From Octopus sinensis (lineage: Eukaryota), in the NCBI RefSeq assembly GCF_006345805.1, contig NC_043004.1, positions 46,748,001 to 46,812,000 on the forward strand: 64,000 nt of DNA. Direction: 5' to 3'. The notes below the pieces were generated by a model that saw nothing but the letters and a program-made list of their open reading frames with translations, was not told where the DNA came from and ran no database searches. This document shows, one piece after another, positions 38,002 to 52,599 of this stretch; positions within the stretch are counted from its first letter, which is position 1, and each line of letters begins with the position of its first letter. The translations under genes were made by a program, and so were the position numbers.

Positions 38002-38502
38002 GTCTATATATACATGTATATACAGGGCTTAGATTTCTATAACATCTCTTACATTGAATTAATATCATTCTTATACTTATATGCAGTTATACGTATATGG
38101 TGTTATTGCATGTTGTAATATCGAACCGTCTCGTGCCAAAATATTGCCATTAATTTAGTATTGCATGTGTTGCGTATTACTCAACTCAAACCGAAAGTGG
38201 CATATGAATAGAGGACAGAAAGCTAAATTATTTTGATCATAGCGTGTAAAATTCATTCCTGAAGAATACCGAAGCTGTATGTACTTTCCTCCTTGCATGT
38301 ATTGTGCCATTCTAGTATGTGTTCCATTTCTCTCTTGCTCTTCCCGAATTTTATTTATGTTTTTTTTTCTTATCTAGGTGTGTGTCGATTCATTCAAAAC
38401 GGTATATATGACCATTGTCTGATTCTGTCTCTTTGAATCGCCACATATGAAAATAGTCATGCACGTGTGTGTGTGTGCTCGCACACACATACACACATAT
38501 GG

Positions 38503-38575
<73 letters not shown>

Positions 38576-38715
38576 TATGTTCAGGGAAAGAGACAGAAAC
38601 AGTAACAGAGACCGAGAGAAAAGAGAGCCAGACAGAAAGTGAAGGAGTAAGACCAGGTATATGTGTGTAAGTATATGCATATATATTTACATCTATATAC
38701 ATACATATACACACA

Positions 38716-38791
<76 letters not shown>

Positions 38792-40130
38792 ATATTTTTT
38801 TCAGTCAAAAGCATAATAATAATATTGAATATTATGAATAGGATCGAACATACTTATATTGCAGTAACATATGTTAGCAGCCATTCATGAGACTCGAACT
38901 CACATACCTGTGATTACGAGTCATAGTGATTTGTCAGAAATTTTTCTGCTCCTATAAAAGCTTTATTTATTAGTTCAAATATTGTAGAAGTATTTGTTTG
39001 TAGGCACTTTAGCTTAAAGACAACGCACTATGACCATTACTCCCAGAGATGGTAGTTCGAGCTTTATGACTAGCTGATAATATATTTTTCTGCAATATAA
39101 GGATATTCGATGCTATTCACCATTATTATTATGCGTTTGGTTGTAAAATATTTCCATATCTGTATATTTCAATACATTTCAACGCTTCTAAAAAAAAAGA
39201 AAACTTTGTTTACATACACGTTCATATATATATATATATTAGGACGTGAGTATGTGTCAATTTGACTACGTTTACATGTGTAAATTTATTTTCTATTTCA
39301 GGATTTACACAACACACTACCAATGATTTTTCTTCCATGCATTTTGAAATATGTTAATTAAAAAGAGTTATTTGAACATTTTTTATTCAAATCTACTTCG
39401 ATACACTTTCCATAATATTTTGTATAGAAAAATTATTTCGAAATTCGAGTAAAAAATGTTTTTCCATATTGCTAAAACAATAGACTATTTTTTTAAAATT
39501 CATTTTCCTTTTGCAATGCTCAGTTTTTCTTTTGCAAAAGTATTTTAGATATACGTGATAGAACATTTTCTATATCGATACTACGTTGCATTCCTTTCGA
39601 AGTAAATACTTCTTTTACACATACATGTTTGGCATAAGTTTTTATGAATATACTCATATCAATTTTTTCTTTTGGTGGTTCGGGCTTAGTGTTTCTGTAT
39701 CCTTATATTCATTTTGTTATGATTATATACACCATACATCTATCAATCAGAATATATGTTTTCCTAAACTCAAAGATAAAATAAATATCAACTGTATGAG
39801 GATATATCAGACAATAACAACAAAACAAAGATCTAGTAACATTAAGGTTGGTCTTATAACTAAAAATATTACTGCCACTACTACCGAGAATAAAAATAAC
39901 TCTTCTAAAGTTTGATACGCGACGACCAGGACCTTTAGGGGAAGTGGTTAATCGAATGTAACGATCAATGAATTTGACAGCTATTTTATTTCATAGCCCC
40001 CGAGTAAATGAAATGCATAGTTAACTTCAGATTCAGTCGCACGAAGCAGAGGCGGAAGAAATGCTGGTAACTATTTTGTCCGATGTGTTAGCAATTTTGC
40101 AAACTTGCAGGCTTTTTAATGGTTTCTTAT

Positions 40131-40810
40131 TTAGGTACTAAGCCAGCGAAAGCTTAAGATAGATGTACATTGAGAGAGGTCCCATCCAATTTTGCGATTT
40201 TTGCACTTTTTCGCCCACCTTTCAATAACGTCAATCGAAGACAGTACTTCCCTCTCCACTGGGGATTTCCTGCTCGAGTGAAACTTGAAGTCAATGAGAG
40301 CCTGAACAAAGAGGAATGTTTCAGTTCGGATACCTTTGAGCCTTGTCAACCAAACAACCTCTTTCACCACAGACACCAGACAAAGGAAAACTGACTTGCC
40401 TACCCGACTGAAGGAGTGGGGCAGGGCGACCATCACTACAGATTCGGCCGACGGACGTATCCGTCACACACGTGACAGTAGCTGTTTGACATAATCAGCA
40501 ATGCCGGAAATTGAACAAGTGTGTGCAGAACGATTTCGGCAGTCTGTGTGCGCCTCAGTCAAGCCTGTGTGAAAGCAAATTCGTGCCTATTGAGTTTATA
40601 TCGAACCGGTAGCTCTTCTCGGTAACACTGCCAGACCAAGGACATCGGGAAATTATCTATGATAGCTGTCGACCGAAAAGTTCACCGGAAGAGACTAGCC
40701 AGTTTGTTTCCGTCGGCCTGCAGAGTCTCCCCAAGAACATTGTCGCATTTCCCCGCCATTAATCCTCTATAAATTTCTAAAGCAAATCATCCACCAATCC
40801 TATTGCCGTG
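40131..40810 (-). pseudogene. L1/Tx1-clade LINE ORF2 C-terminal relic
   Basis: Minus frames give EIYRGLMAGKCDNVLGETL, SLVWQCYREELPVRYKLNRH, EIVLHTLVQFP (degenerate CCHC), YVKQLLSRV, LVSVVKEVVWLTRLKG and KSPVEREVLSS..IERW. Clade is from recalled consensus. Confidence 0.65.
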
Positions 40811-40884
40811 TCTAAGTTGACACAAGAAGAATATAAGAAATGGAGGCACTACTAGAATGTAAACAGTTTTGCACTAGAAGCTGT

Positions 40885-41370
40885 GCCAGAAATGGGGCGG
40901 GGGATTTGAAGCTGGAAACACATGGTACAATAATCGAGTCGAAGGAGTATTAGAGTCAGAGAAACGTAAGATTTTGTGGGAAGAAGTGAGAAAATAATAG
41001 ACCAGATATGGAAAAGCGAAGTTGCTTACTTATCGACCCATTATGCTCGTATGTTTTGAGGATCGAAAAGAAAAACAAAATACAAACTTTAAATAGAAAG
41101 AATTACGAGCCTGTGGACAGTAAAGGTCATTCCTATAATAATTGGTGCGTTGGGAAAGAGTAATACAAGATATAGACACATGACTTTAGGATATTGTAAT
41201 AGAATATTCGGTAGAGCTTCTACAGAACGTTTGTCTCTTCGGGACAGCAATGATTATCAAGAGGCTTCTAAGCACTTGAAAGACTGATGAAAACCTGAGG
41301 TACCTGAGATTGCAATTAGTAACCTCCTACCCACATAAATCCTATCAAGCATAAGATCGAACCTGAACCA

Positions 41371-41371
<1 letters not shown>
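40885..41371 (+). pseudogene. R4/Dong-clade LINE 3' end (RLE domain relic)
   Basis: WYNNRVEGVLESEKRKILW, NRPD, VKVIPIIIGALG and ELLQNVCLFGTAMIIKRLLST*; the 3' UTR runs into (TAA)n. Confidence 0.8.
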
Positions 41372-41418
<47 letters not shown>

Positions 41419-41446
41419 GATAATAATAATAATAATAATATTAAAG

Positions 41447-41478
<32 letters not shown>

Positions 41479-41479
41479 G

Positions 41480-41512
<33 letters not shown>

Positions 41513-41538
41513 TAATAATAATAATAATAATAATAATA
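41372..41538. repeat. (TAA)n microsatellite with three AAAGA interruptions about 30 bp apart
   Basis: Direct reading. Confidence 0.95.
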
Positions 41539-41539
41539 G

Positions 41540-42165
41540 TGAAACAAATTAACGAAAATATTATAGACCCATAACCGGCTTAACAACCATGTATAAAACA
41601 CTAATATCTGCCTTGACTGAATATACTTATAACTTTTTAATAGAAGGTCGCATGAAAGGATGTAAACGTGGGTCCTATGGTTATAAAGATCAAATACTCA
41701 TCAATAAGATTATTTTGGCAGATTGTCATGAAAACAAAATTTCAAAAGCCTGATAGCCTATAAAAAAGATTTTGATAGTCTACTACATAATTGGATTGAG
41801 AAATGTTTGAAAAGTTATAAAATAACAATTTCTCTGCGAAATGTCTTCTTTGTGAGTATGAGATAATGGAAAAGTACACAGACTTTGAATAGTAACTCTT
41901 TGAATGCTGGAGATGTAGCAATTTCATGTGGTATCTTCCAGGCTGACTATCTATCACCACTTGTCTTTTGTCTCGTTTCTGGATATAACTATTATAGTAA
42001 AAAAAATAACCATCAAACTGTATGCTGCAAATAATATGAAACTGGAATCATTACTACTAACAGTGTATGAGTTTGGCAACGAAATAAATTAGAAATTAGG
42101 TTTAGAAAAATGTGTGAAAGATTCCCTGGAAAGAGGAAAACTAATAAAGAATAACAATAAAACAG
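41540..42165 (+). pseudogene. R4/Dong-clade LINE reverse transcriptase relic
   Basis: YYRPITGLTTMYKTL, KGCKRGSYGYKDQILINKIIL, KDFDSLLHNWIEKCL, GIFQADYLSPLVFCL (cf. GIFQGDSLSP) and LYAANNMKLESLL..GLEKC; the YMDD region is deleted. Confidence 0.8.
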
Positions 42166-42240
42166 TATTCTTTTAGTCTGGGGCACCGCCTTTAGTCGAG
42201 CAAAATTCATAGTGAAAGTACTAAGCGTCATGCTATAACG

Positions 42241-42450
42241 ATGGAATATATGCTGACTATGATAAAATACCATGGAAATGATCATAAAGAGGTAGCAATT
42301 GCACGACCTTTTCGGATGAGCCAGACAACTGTATCAACGACTGTACATAATATGGACAATATTTTAGCACATATTAAACCTGAAGACCCAGAGATGAAGA
42401 ACACTGTCATCAATGAGAAAAGGGTCAAAATCGTTATTGCACTGTATTAA
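42241..42450 (+). pseudogene. pogo/Tigger transposase N-terminal HTH relic
   Basis: IARPFRMSQTTVSTTVHNMDNILAHIK...EMKNTVINEKR resembles the Tigger IARxLGxSxSTVxTIxKNKDxI motif. Confidence 0.55.
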
Positions 42451-45400
42451 AAAATAAAAATTATCTGTTTGTACGCTTAAAATAGGTTATTATTAACCAT
42501 TACGGAGATGTACTTGCATAGCGAGTGACTTGATCTGAGATCGTGTGCTGGAACGAAAACAATTGCAGCGTTGAAGGTGCAATTATTAACCATGTATTAT
42601 TGAAAATGCATTCATAAATAAAGTACAGAAGTGGGAATGGTTATTACTAGTTTAGTCTAGAGACAAGTAAATTTGGCCTAGCCTAGCTTAGAGACAATTT
42701 AAATCGACTTACGTCGTTTTTCGGCTTCAGTCGTGTCTCCTGAAACCAATTAACGACGTAGGGTGTGGTATGCTTGTAAGTTGTTTCGTATTACTAATGA
42801 TATATCAGTAACTGTATAAATACGTCCTTTTCATACAATAAGACTTATAACAAATACGTTTACCGAAACTATAACAATAAATAATCAGAAAGGAAGTTAA
42901 AATGACGCATACAATCAGATATTCCCAGTCAAATATATCCACGAAATTCAGCGAAATTCAACGTTACATATTGGAAAGGACTAATATTTGAGATAGATAG
43001 ATTTCTCTCTGTGAAGAAACTAATTCAGGAGTATAACCCAAGGAATCAATTGCCAACTACATATATTTACAAATATATGCCCATAAGAATGACTACAGTT
43101 ATTGTTTATTCATAGAAGTAAGTGTTCTTTCAGCCGGCATGGAAGCCAACTAACATTATTTTTAAGAACAACACTGTAATTTCTATTCTTTTACTGACCA
43201 GATATTTGCAAAAACCACAAGCAAAGCTTTAAATATACGATGTATGATAAAATGTAGCCATCGTGACACGTATGTTTTATATACTTTCTGATAATTGAAT
43301 CAGTTTATTAAGGTGGCCATTTGTCTAATTGAATATATTGCTTTTCAGTAAAAATGAAATGTATGATTTTATGAACGTCCATCTTTAGATACATGTCACA
43401 AAATACAGAAAATTGTTTAGAATTATATGTTTCCTTAAATGCAAAATACAAAACTTTTATGCATAGCATTTTATCAAAACTTCTTTCTTTGGTTTTAAAC
43501 AACGACAACGTTTTGGAAAGAAATAAGGAATGAGACGAACGGAACCGTATGACACTATTCTCAAAATGTCATTAAATTGGAAACAAGTTATCTTAATTGG
43601 AGTTGAGTGAAAAACGCAAACAATATAACATACACTCACATTTAATATGTATATGTTTATATATGTCTTATGCATATGTTCGCGGGCACACACATACATA
43701 TTTAGTATATCTAGTATGTATGTATATATCTCCATATCTATTCCTGTATGTACATGATAATAACCCTTACTCAAAGATTACGCTAAGCTCTACAGACAGG
43801 AGAGAATCTTGTAATTCCTGTATTTTACTAGTGTGTACTTTTTTAATTTTTAAAATAATATTCAATTATTAAGATTATAATATTCAATTTTGGAAGGTCT
43901 TTGTATGTAGGACGCAAATGTTATTTCTTTTCACAATTTCAAAGTGATTTAAAGGCAATTTTGTTTTCTAAGAATTTGTAATGTAGAAATATTAATCAAA
44001 GTGTGACATTCAATAAGATTCTTCGTTGAGTGATTAATGCAAACTCATTCCCATATCTCTTTAGCAATATTATCAGCTATATTTTGTCCTCAAATCCTGC
44101 TTAGTAGTTAAACATTAATTCTTGGCATATTTAACTACGTGCGGTTTGAATTAAATATTTTCTTCAATAAAGTGCAAATTGGAAATTGACTAACTTTGTT
44201 TTTTGCTGCTGTAGTTGTTGCAAATCATCCAGTAAATTGAATTTACCCGTTGAGATATCTCATTCAAAAATAATTTCTTTTGGATTTCAAAATCGCAACT
44301 TTTTTCGTTTTCATATATATTGTTAGTTAATGAGATTTTTTTTTCATATATACATTTGTCTTTTAAATTTGATTTAAAAAATACTCTTGAAATAATCTAA
44401 ATTCAATTTAAGTAATCAACGAATATCGATTCAAAGATATCAATCTTGTCTTTTATTTATCAAATCACTTTAATGTTTTTATATGTGTCAACTATAAAGT
44501 ATTTTCTTACAGCTTTTAGCATTTATAGATTTCAGCAACACTAAGAAAAAGAATTAAAAATCAAAAGCCACTGCCAGCAAATCTTGTTTTTCTTTCGATC
44601 TTCTTAGTTTTCTGTCATATTTCTGTTTATGTATTTGCATCTTGTTTTATTATTTTCGTGCTTTCGATCATTATTTCATTCTTACATGCCTTCATTTCAG
44701 AAACCATTCAGCTGTAATATTAAGGATTTAATAGTGTAATATGACGTCACGTCCTACTGTCAAAACTTTCTACGCACGATTTTTTATAAATTTTAAAAAA
44801 TTTCTTTATCTCATTTTATTTCCGTATTCCTATTTTTTTAAATGTCTTATTTTCCATTTTACTTTCAGATTTCATCCTTACCTCTGCAGTCACTCACCAC
44901 CTTTACTAATCTTAGTTACGGACTGACAGCTTGATTACTTCTAGAATCTTCTTTTCAACCATAATTCAAACCTTTCACAGAAAAATCAAAATCAAAATTA
45001 ATCTATACAAGACATGGCCTTTGTCATTAATGTCACGGTGCAGGTGCTGTTAATATTTTTAGCACTATTCATCTATCCGTCAACATTGCAAATATTTTCG
45101 TTGTTTCATTGGATGTTTATGAACACTTGTATACGTTTTCGTGTTCGTGTTTGTTTGCCAATACGCCGTTGAAATTTTTCTCACAGTTTTTTCGTAAATA
45201 ACATTTTCATCAAATATTTCAGACTATTGCATTTGAATGCGACTTCCAATATGTTTTAGAATTTCGATTGTAATTTTATTCTGAAAAAAAAAAGAACTAC
45301 AAGTACATTTGAGTGGGCTATTGTAATTATCGTGTCAACATGAATTTAGAAAATTGTAATGTTCTCGGAAAGCCCATTTACAACTCAACATAACATTTTA

Positions 45401-46164
45401 ATATGAAATGTGTTATTTCTCCAATAACTTGAATTAAATAAAGGGTTGTTGGTGTTTGGTCTTAAATGCCGATTGTCATATAAGAATTAAAATGTGTTCG
45501 GATTAAACGAAAGGCATAATTTATGAATAGAAGGCATAAGTTTCTGGTGCCAATAATTTTTTTTAATCTGTGACTGATTACTTGAATCAGTATTATAAAC
45601 ATAATTTTCCTTATTTTAATTGTTATCTGCATCGGAAACTTCCACAGTAGCATAAAATACGTGGACATATTCATATGTAACGGATTACCACATAAAAGAT
45701 TTTGGTAGAATGTTGTTACCACAAAACTACGCTTGTTAATTTTCTCAGATATATTTAATACAGAGATTCTTCCATGATGTTTGCCCATTCCTGCTGTAGT
45801 AACTAGCTTACTATATTGCAAAAAGCGTAAAACATATTTGCATGAAGTTATATTCTTCTAAAGTGTTTCTGATTAAAACTTCACAAATCGCAAAATACGA
45901 TACAAACAATAAATTTCTTTCGTTGCGCGGCTCGGCAGTTTTCTTGTAGTAACATTACAATTTAGTTTGCAAGTCGGTTTGTGAAGTCCTGAAGAACAGA
46001 TGTAATGCATAATAAAGGTATAGCAGGATGGAGACCAATATATTGCTCTCTTATTTACTGGACTTGTTTCTACAAAAACTGAAAATTATGGAGTAGCGCT
46101 CACCATTACTCGATAATGTAGTAGACAATTAAGTGAAACATTTACGATTCAATATATTACTGCT

Positions 46165-46463
46165 GTGGAGGCGCAATGGCCCAGTGGTTAGGGCAGTGGA
46201 CTCGCGGTCGTAGGATCGCAGTTTCGATTCACAGGTCGTTGAGAGTGTTTATTGAGCGAAAACACCTAAAGCTTCACGATGCCCCGGCAGGGGGTGGTGT
46301 CGATCCCTGCAGTACTCTTTCATCACAACTTTCTCTCACTCTTTCTTATGTTGGCTTGCTCCCTTAGCCAGCTGGGTGGCGTCGTTTGAAGGCTAAAACA
46401 ATGCGAAGTGAATTGTGTCCAGCGATGTGTACCAACATCTGATAGCCTGATCGGTCACGTGAT
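46165..46463 (+). mobile_element. tRNA-derived SINE (third family)
   Basis: GTGGAGGCGCAATGGCCCAGTGGTTAGGGC (A box), GTTTCGATTC (B box), tail GATCGGTCACGTGAT. Confidence 0.88.
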
Positions 46464-46498
46464 ATTACTGCTACACATACGCACTCACATGCACATGT

Positions 46499-46530
<32 letters not shown>

Positions 46531-49102
46531 ATATATATATACAGAGATATAATGAAGACCTGATGTTTTGTGACACTTTCAATATAACCCTTGATTTCTG
46601 TTCTCCAGTGTCATTGTTTGCTAAGATCCGTGCTTTACAATCATATAGGTAACAAAGAAGCAAAATATTATCAAAGGAGTGAAAGAGACAAAACGACTTG
46701 GACGTAGACGTGTACAAATATAACACTTAAGCGAACAACAATGAATCCTCAATACTACGAATAATGAGGCAAGAAATAGAAAAATATGCGATAGTAAATA
46801 CGTTTGTCTCTATGGGAGGGAACAGGAATCCTTAGATACTCAGTAGCTAAAGATAGCTGTGTTTGATGAAGTGATGCAGAATATTTTTGTTTTAAAAGGG
46901 GTGAATCTAACCACGATGCATTACTGAAGTGTTCTATAGTTGGGAAGAAATTTATAGACCAGTGGTATGCTGCGGGTAATTTTGTTTTTTACTTTAGGGG
47001 ATGTGTATACCTGTATCTTTATGTGTAAGCGCACAAGTATGTAATTACGTGTGTAGATTTCTGTATATTTAGTATAGATGTATGTATGGATGTACTGAGG
47101 CATATCCTGGTGTATGTTTAGGTAGTCTCGAATATATGTGAATGAAATCGTGACGTGCATGATGGATTAAATGTTGGACGATAGAATGCAGTTTCTTTTT
47201 AAGTGTTGTTATGTTACTGTCAACGGAACATTTACATCGTAATGGTCGAGAACACCTAGTTGAAAAACAATTCTTCGCTCCTTTTGGAAGTGAGAAGCAG
47301 GATTTTCCTTGAATTCAAATAACAGAAGAGACTGAGAGAAAGGAATTAGTGTGCGCAGAGGAGTTCATATGGCAACGAACAGGCGTTGTTACAGTGTTAT
47401 GAAAATGATTTTACTTAAATATACACCGAAACGATCCAGAAATCAACTGACAATAATTCCCATATACAGGAAACCATAAAGACAGTCTACATCTCCTGTG
47501 CCTATTAGTAAAATATTAATGTTATTTAATCGAAGCTCAATAGTGCAAGGTATATTACCGTTTTGGTACCATGTCAGATCCAGATAAAGTCATGAAAATG
47601 AATGGAAATAGAACTAACTGGAAATTGTATCTGAGTTACACTTGATTGCAAGCATATGCTATATTACACACTTAGAAAAATACATTTTTGATTTTCAAAT
47701 TTAGCAGAAATGTCAGATATACAGTGTATAAAGATATATAAATTTAAACATTAATGGTATTAAGAAATATATTAGTTAGAGGTTACTCTAATAGCTCATA
47801 GTAACTTGCAATATTTCTTCATAATCCATGGTCTTGTTTAGATATTGATTTTCATTGTACTCTTTTTCTGTTTGCTAAAGAAGTGTATGATGCGTGTGTC
47901 ACTATGGTATTAAGTTATATAAGTGATTTTTAGGATTTTAGCATATTTATAGCGACCGTTTTCTCCCTTGAATTCTGAAGGCTAGAAAATTATAAACAAA
48001 GAGTAAATATTAATTTCCTTCCGTTTTTATTATTATTTCAAAATTTTCCGATCATTTTTCTTTTATATTTTTAAATATTTTTGTGAAGAGGTGAATTTCT
48101 TTTCCCTTCACACATACAAAACACACATAAAATAAAATTGTAGAAACATTCTCAAACAGTAACTTCAAAGGTTCAGCTAATATCTTCTGTTTTCAGGAAT
48201 TGAGAGTTAAAAAAGATATTTATTTCGCCAAGAATGTTACGTACGCATATATATTTTTGCATAATATATGCTGTGAGGAGAAGGAAAAACAACATTTGGA
48301 TTTTAAATTATTAGTGAATGACATAATACAGAAGCCAAAAGCAAATATAACTTTTATAAAAGTAAAACACAATGACACTTTCTACATTGAAGCCGAGAAT
48401 ATGATATTGCGTATGGCGCAATTTATATCAATGTAGTTTAACTACAACATGCTTTTGAGTTTATAATGCAACCAAGCGAGATCTGTATGATTTATGCTTA
48501 TGACTGTCGTGGTGACACATAAATCAACCAGTGTTTAGCGTCAGATACCGAGTTGTTATGTATGTTTTAAACCCCACACATACATCTCATATTTTAGGCT
48601 TGAGAAGGGTTATAAAACCGTAAAAGTATAGAAGCTAATATACAAATATAAAACAAGTACAAGAGGAATCGAAGGATACCTAAATTTATTACATAATTCA
48701 TGGAAGAAATTTATTTCGTTACAGACACAATTATCTTGCCCCCTCGTGATAGCAAATATGTTTTTACCACACAACTGTCTGACATGTATTCGAGCCACAG
48801 CTAATAAATCTGTCTAGAAAGGATTTGGAATCGCTACTGGTAGGAGAGGATTGCTTTATTGAAATCATGATAATGTGGTTCAAAGAGAAACCATGTTTCA
48901 TGCTAGCGTATGTCGGATACGTATATTTTTTTACTGAGATTCTGAAAGCACCCTGTCATTGCATTTACATTAACTGGAAAACTGTGATATATTTATTTCC
49001 CAATCCTTTTTACTTTCAAATTCGGGTATTTCAAAATGATACAGAAACAAACTGTCTTCTCAACAAATATATTGCAACATTATTTTATTCCATACGAAAC
49101 GA

Positions 49103-49304
49103 TACGAGGTGTTGCCGAAAAGTTCCTGGTTTTAAGGGTATCGCAAAACATGGTTGGAACTTCCCGAGTTTAGAAAATTTGAAGGACAGTTGCAATAAAT
49201 ATCTCAACGTGAGGACGGAATGTACTGTATAAAATAATAGCTAACAGATCCTCATGCATTTTCTTCTACCCACTGCCAAGGATTTTGCAGCACCCAATCG
49301 CATA
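49103..49304. mobile_element. degenerate mariner-type MITE
   Basis: TACGAGGTGTTGCCGAAAAGTTCCTGG left end and CCAAGGATTTTGCAGCACCCAATCGCATA right end; TIR type as at 4389. Confidence 0.5.
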
Positions 49305-51375
49305 TATTGATTTTCTACGTAGACTCCAGTAATTATACGTGTATTTAAGACCACCGCCAATAAGTTGCATACGACATTGAGAAATGTACCTAACCCAATG
49401 GCCATGAATTGTGGGTCATGACGGAAAGTGTACGATCCTGAATACAGGCGACGAAATGTGATTCCTTCGAATTCCCTTTGGTGTAATATTACTCGACAGA
49501 AAGCTTACTTATAAAATCGGTTTGTGTCTTTAGTTTGAGCTTGTACATCGCTGCATTAGGAGGAGGGGGCCACAGCTCCAGTATTAAGATCATGTGATTA
49601 GATTGGCACAGAAAAGGCCCGCATGACGGTTTCTTCAAGCCGTACTAACCGGCAGGAGATCTACGCGTAGGCCAAAAACGAGATATTTAGATAATATCCA
49701 TAGACTCATTTAGCAACGTTTGGTAGTTCGGCCGGAAATTCTATTGACGGATGTTGCATTTAGGATCGTATGGTAGAGTTGATTCACGAAACTATTCCTT
49801 AGACCGTTCCAGTAATAGTAGGCAGAATCTATGGATGGATAGATGAGTGGATGGATGGATGGGTGCATAAAGAAAGAGGTGTCACTTAATGAATACGGGT
49901 GAGCATGGAGCATTTCTGATTTTTGGGTAGTTGAAATTCCCCATTTCAAAACATCAAACTTTTGCTTACAATAACATACCAAAAGGAGAAAAAGAATATA
50001 TGTGCTGCACTTTAACCCACCTATGATATATATTTCATAGTATAATATTATATATCAGCGTGCTAAAGGCTGCTGTTCTAGCCTTATTGCTCCGTTAGAA
50101 ACAAAGAAATATAGTACAAAAGGTTGATAAGGCTACGGAGTAGTTTTCCACTGTGAAGTTCATGACATTCAAGCAGTTACTGACAAACTCATTGAGAAGA
50201 AATTGTTTAACCAGAAAATGATACTTCCATGTAATCAGTTTCTAATATTATTCCTTACTAACAATAACTCTTAAATATTAATACGAAAGAACAAAAGTTA
50301 TTCTGAAGAAATTGATGGCGGTATGCCTAGAAAGTGAATATAATTGGATAAGTTCATATCCACTGCAGACGAGAAATATCTGACCTTTGACACTCGCACT
50401 TCATGAGACGGAGAGCAAAAGGATTTTACCCATCACCAGCTTACCCGTCACCAATAAGAGCATATGATGCTACATAATGATATGTTTTTATGTGTGATGG
50501 TGGTAATAATATGTATGAGATAAAATAATGATATGATGTGTTCTTCATTTCATCGAAGAGATTAATGATGCCAATACAATAGAAAGACTGCCAACGTTAA
50601 ATTAAATTAACTTCAATGATTTAGTTTGACTAGACCTCTATGAAGTAAGGCACGTAAAGTTTAATACACTGATCTAATTATTTATTTTTTTCTTTTTCTG
50701 TGTGTGTTTGGTGGACATTATACGTAGTGGCTATAATGGAAGAAATCAATAGCATCATACTGCTTTTTTGTCTCCAACTAAGAATTTTGCGAGACGAAAT
50801 TGACTGAGGTTGAAGACAATAATTATGAAACTTAATATTAGAATGCTTTAATACCGGTAGTCTACAATATATAGATTAAAATAGCATTAAATATCTGCCA
50901 TTAATTGTAATGATTTACAGTTTTAAAAGAATGAGATTTCTATAAGGCGATTAATCAAATGTTTTCACTAAGTCTTGCAAATGATTTGATGAATTTAACA
51001 CAGTTTAATTTTGATTTTACTTATCTAGATCATGTATGTGAAAGTTCAGTAATTTTAAAGTTTCTTACGTAAATAACGTGTGAAAGGTGTTAAAATACAA
51101 TCTCTCTAGGCAATGAAAGTTGACAATGAAAATTATTTATGATATTGATATGATTAAAAAATATCAAAATTAAAATCTTTTATCAAAAAGTGTAGTTATT
51201 TTATTGAATATACATTGCAAATATTCATAAAAGTTCCAGAACTGTCATAAATGACAGTTATGAGTTGTACAGAAAAATAAAATGTATACAACCTAAATTG
51301 TTATAGTTGAAAGTGATAAGTGATAACTTAAATATAGACCGATCGCATTTCCATAGACTATGTATTTGTATGTTT

Positions 51376-51700
51376 CAAATTCCGCCGATGTCGATTTTGC
51401 CATTTATCCTTTCTGTGTCGATAAATTAAAGCACCACTTGCGTACTGAAGTTGATCTAATCGACTGGCCCCCTCCCCCCAAATTTCAGACCTTGTGGCTA
51501 GGGTAAGTGGACAAACAAGGATAGTGAAAGGGATTAAGTCGATTACATTGACCCAGTGCGTAACAGGTCCTATATTTATTCACCCTTAAATGATAAAAGG
51601 CGAAGTCAACCTCGGCTGAATTTGAACTCAGAACGTAACGGCAGACGAAATACTGCTAAGCATATCTCCCGGCGCGCTAACGTTTCTGTCAGCTCCTCTC
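51376..51700. mobile_element. two OR-like SINEs joined tail-to-tail
   Basis: A + strand partial copy (TTCAAATTCCGCCGATGTCG...CCTTGTGGCTAGGG) is fused to a - strand copy (GGACAAACAAGG...GCTAACGTTTCTGTCAGCTC). Confidence 0.75.
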
Positions 51701-52599
51701 GTATGTATGTATGTATATATATGTATGCGTATATGTATACATGTATGTTTGTATCTATGTGTGGAAAGGTCGCTCTTGGGTGCTACTGCTAACATGTAAC
51801 TCGGTACAACCTGTTGCATGGTCGAGTTGTCTGCGACAAAAGGAGCAACCTTCCAGGACGGAAGATAAGACCTGTCGAAGGGTGAGGGAGCTCATGAGTA
51901 GTTAGCACACATCCAGCAATATGTGTACATGTGTATGTCTGCACGTATGTACACGCGGGAACGTGGAAATACCTTGGTTGGTATCCAGGCGCGCCGTTGG
52001 ACCACTGACGATATTCGATGATGAAGAGTAGTTCTTTTCGCGTTTTTGTTGTCCATGTACAGAGATTGGGGTTGAATTTCTGCAAATATTTTCCCCACTA
52101 TGAAAAAAAAAAAATCATCATGCACAGGCGTCTCTTAAAAAAATCGTAAGACCTATCACAAAATTGTAAGACCTATCGTAGCCTTCGCATGTGTAAAACT
52201 GTGGATCAGGCGATGGCAATACTCAAACACGAGTTTGCTGCCGTCAAGTATGTAAGATTTGTATGTATATATATGTATGTTTGGAATTATGTATGTGTGT
52301 GTGTTGATCTAAGCTAGATCTACGTCTCCTTCAATGGATTTTAAACAACATCAACAGGGCACATTTGCGTATATGTTTGTACTTTTGCAGTATTTAGAAT
52401 CAGTGCATAGGCAGATTTATATGTTCATTTTATGCAGCTAGTCTCCTGCATATACAGGTATATACATAATCAAATGTTAAACTCCTGAAAGGGTTTAGAA
52501 ATCGATATTATTCCAGTGATGTCTTGAATCTATAATTTTCCAATGAGCTTTCTCTCTTCTGGTTTTGAGATCAATTTCTAAAGATCGGTACTTAGGCAG

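Noticed and set aside
46165-46240. tRNA genes at SINE heads (also 883, 24335, 32330 and 37930)
   Set aside because: A and B boxes are present, but there is no complete cloverleaf or acceptor stem, and each continues into a SINE body.
50295-50350. CTGAAGA...GGC GGTAT GCC..GAAA
   Set aside because: Stem II is not adjacent to the core and stems I and III do not pair.
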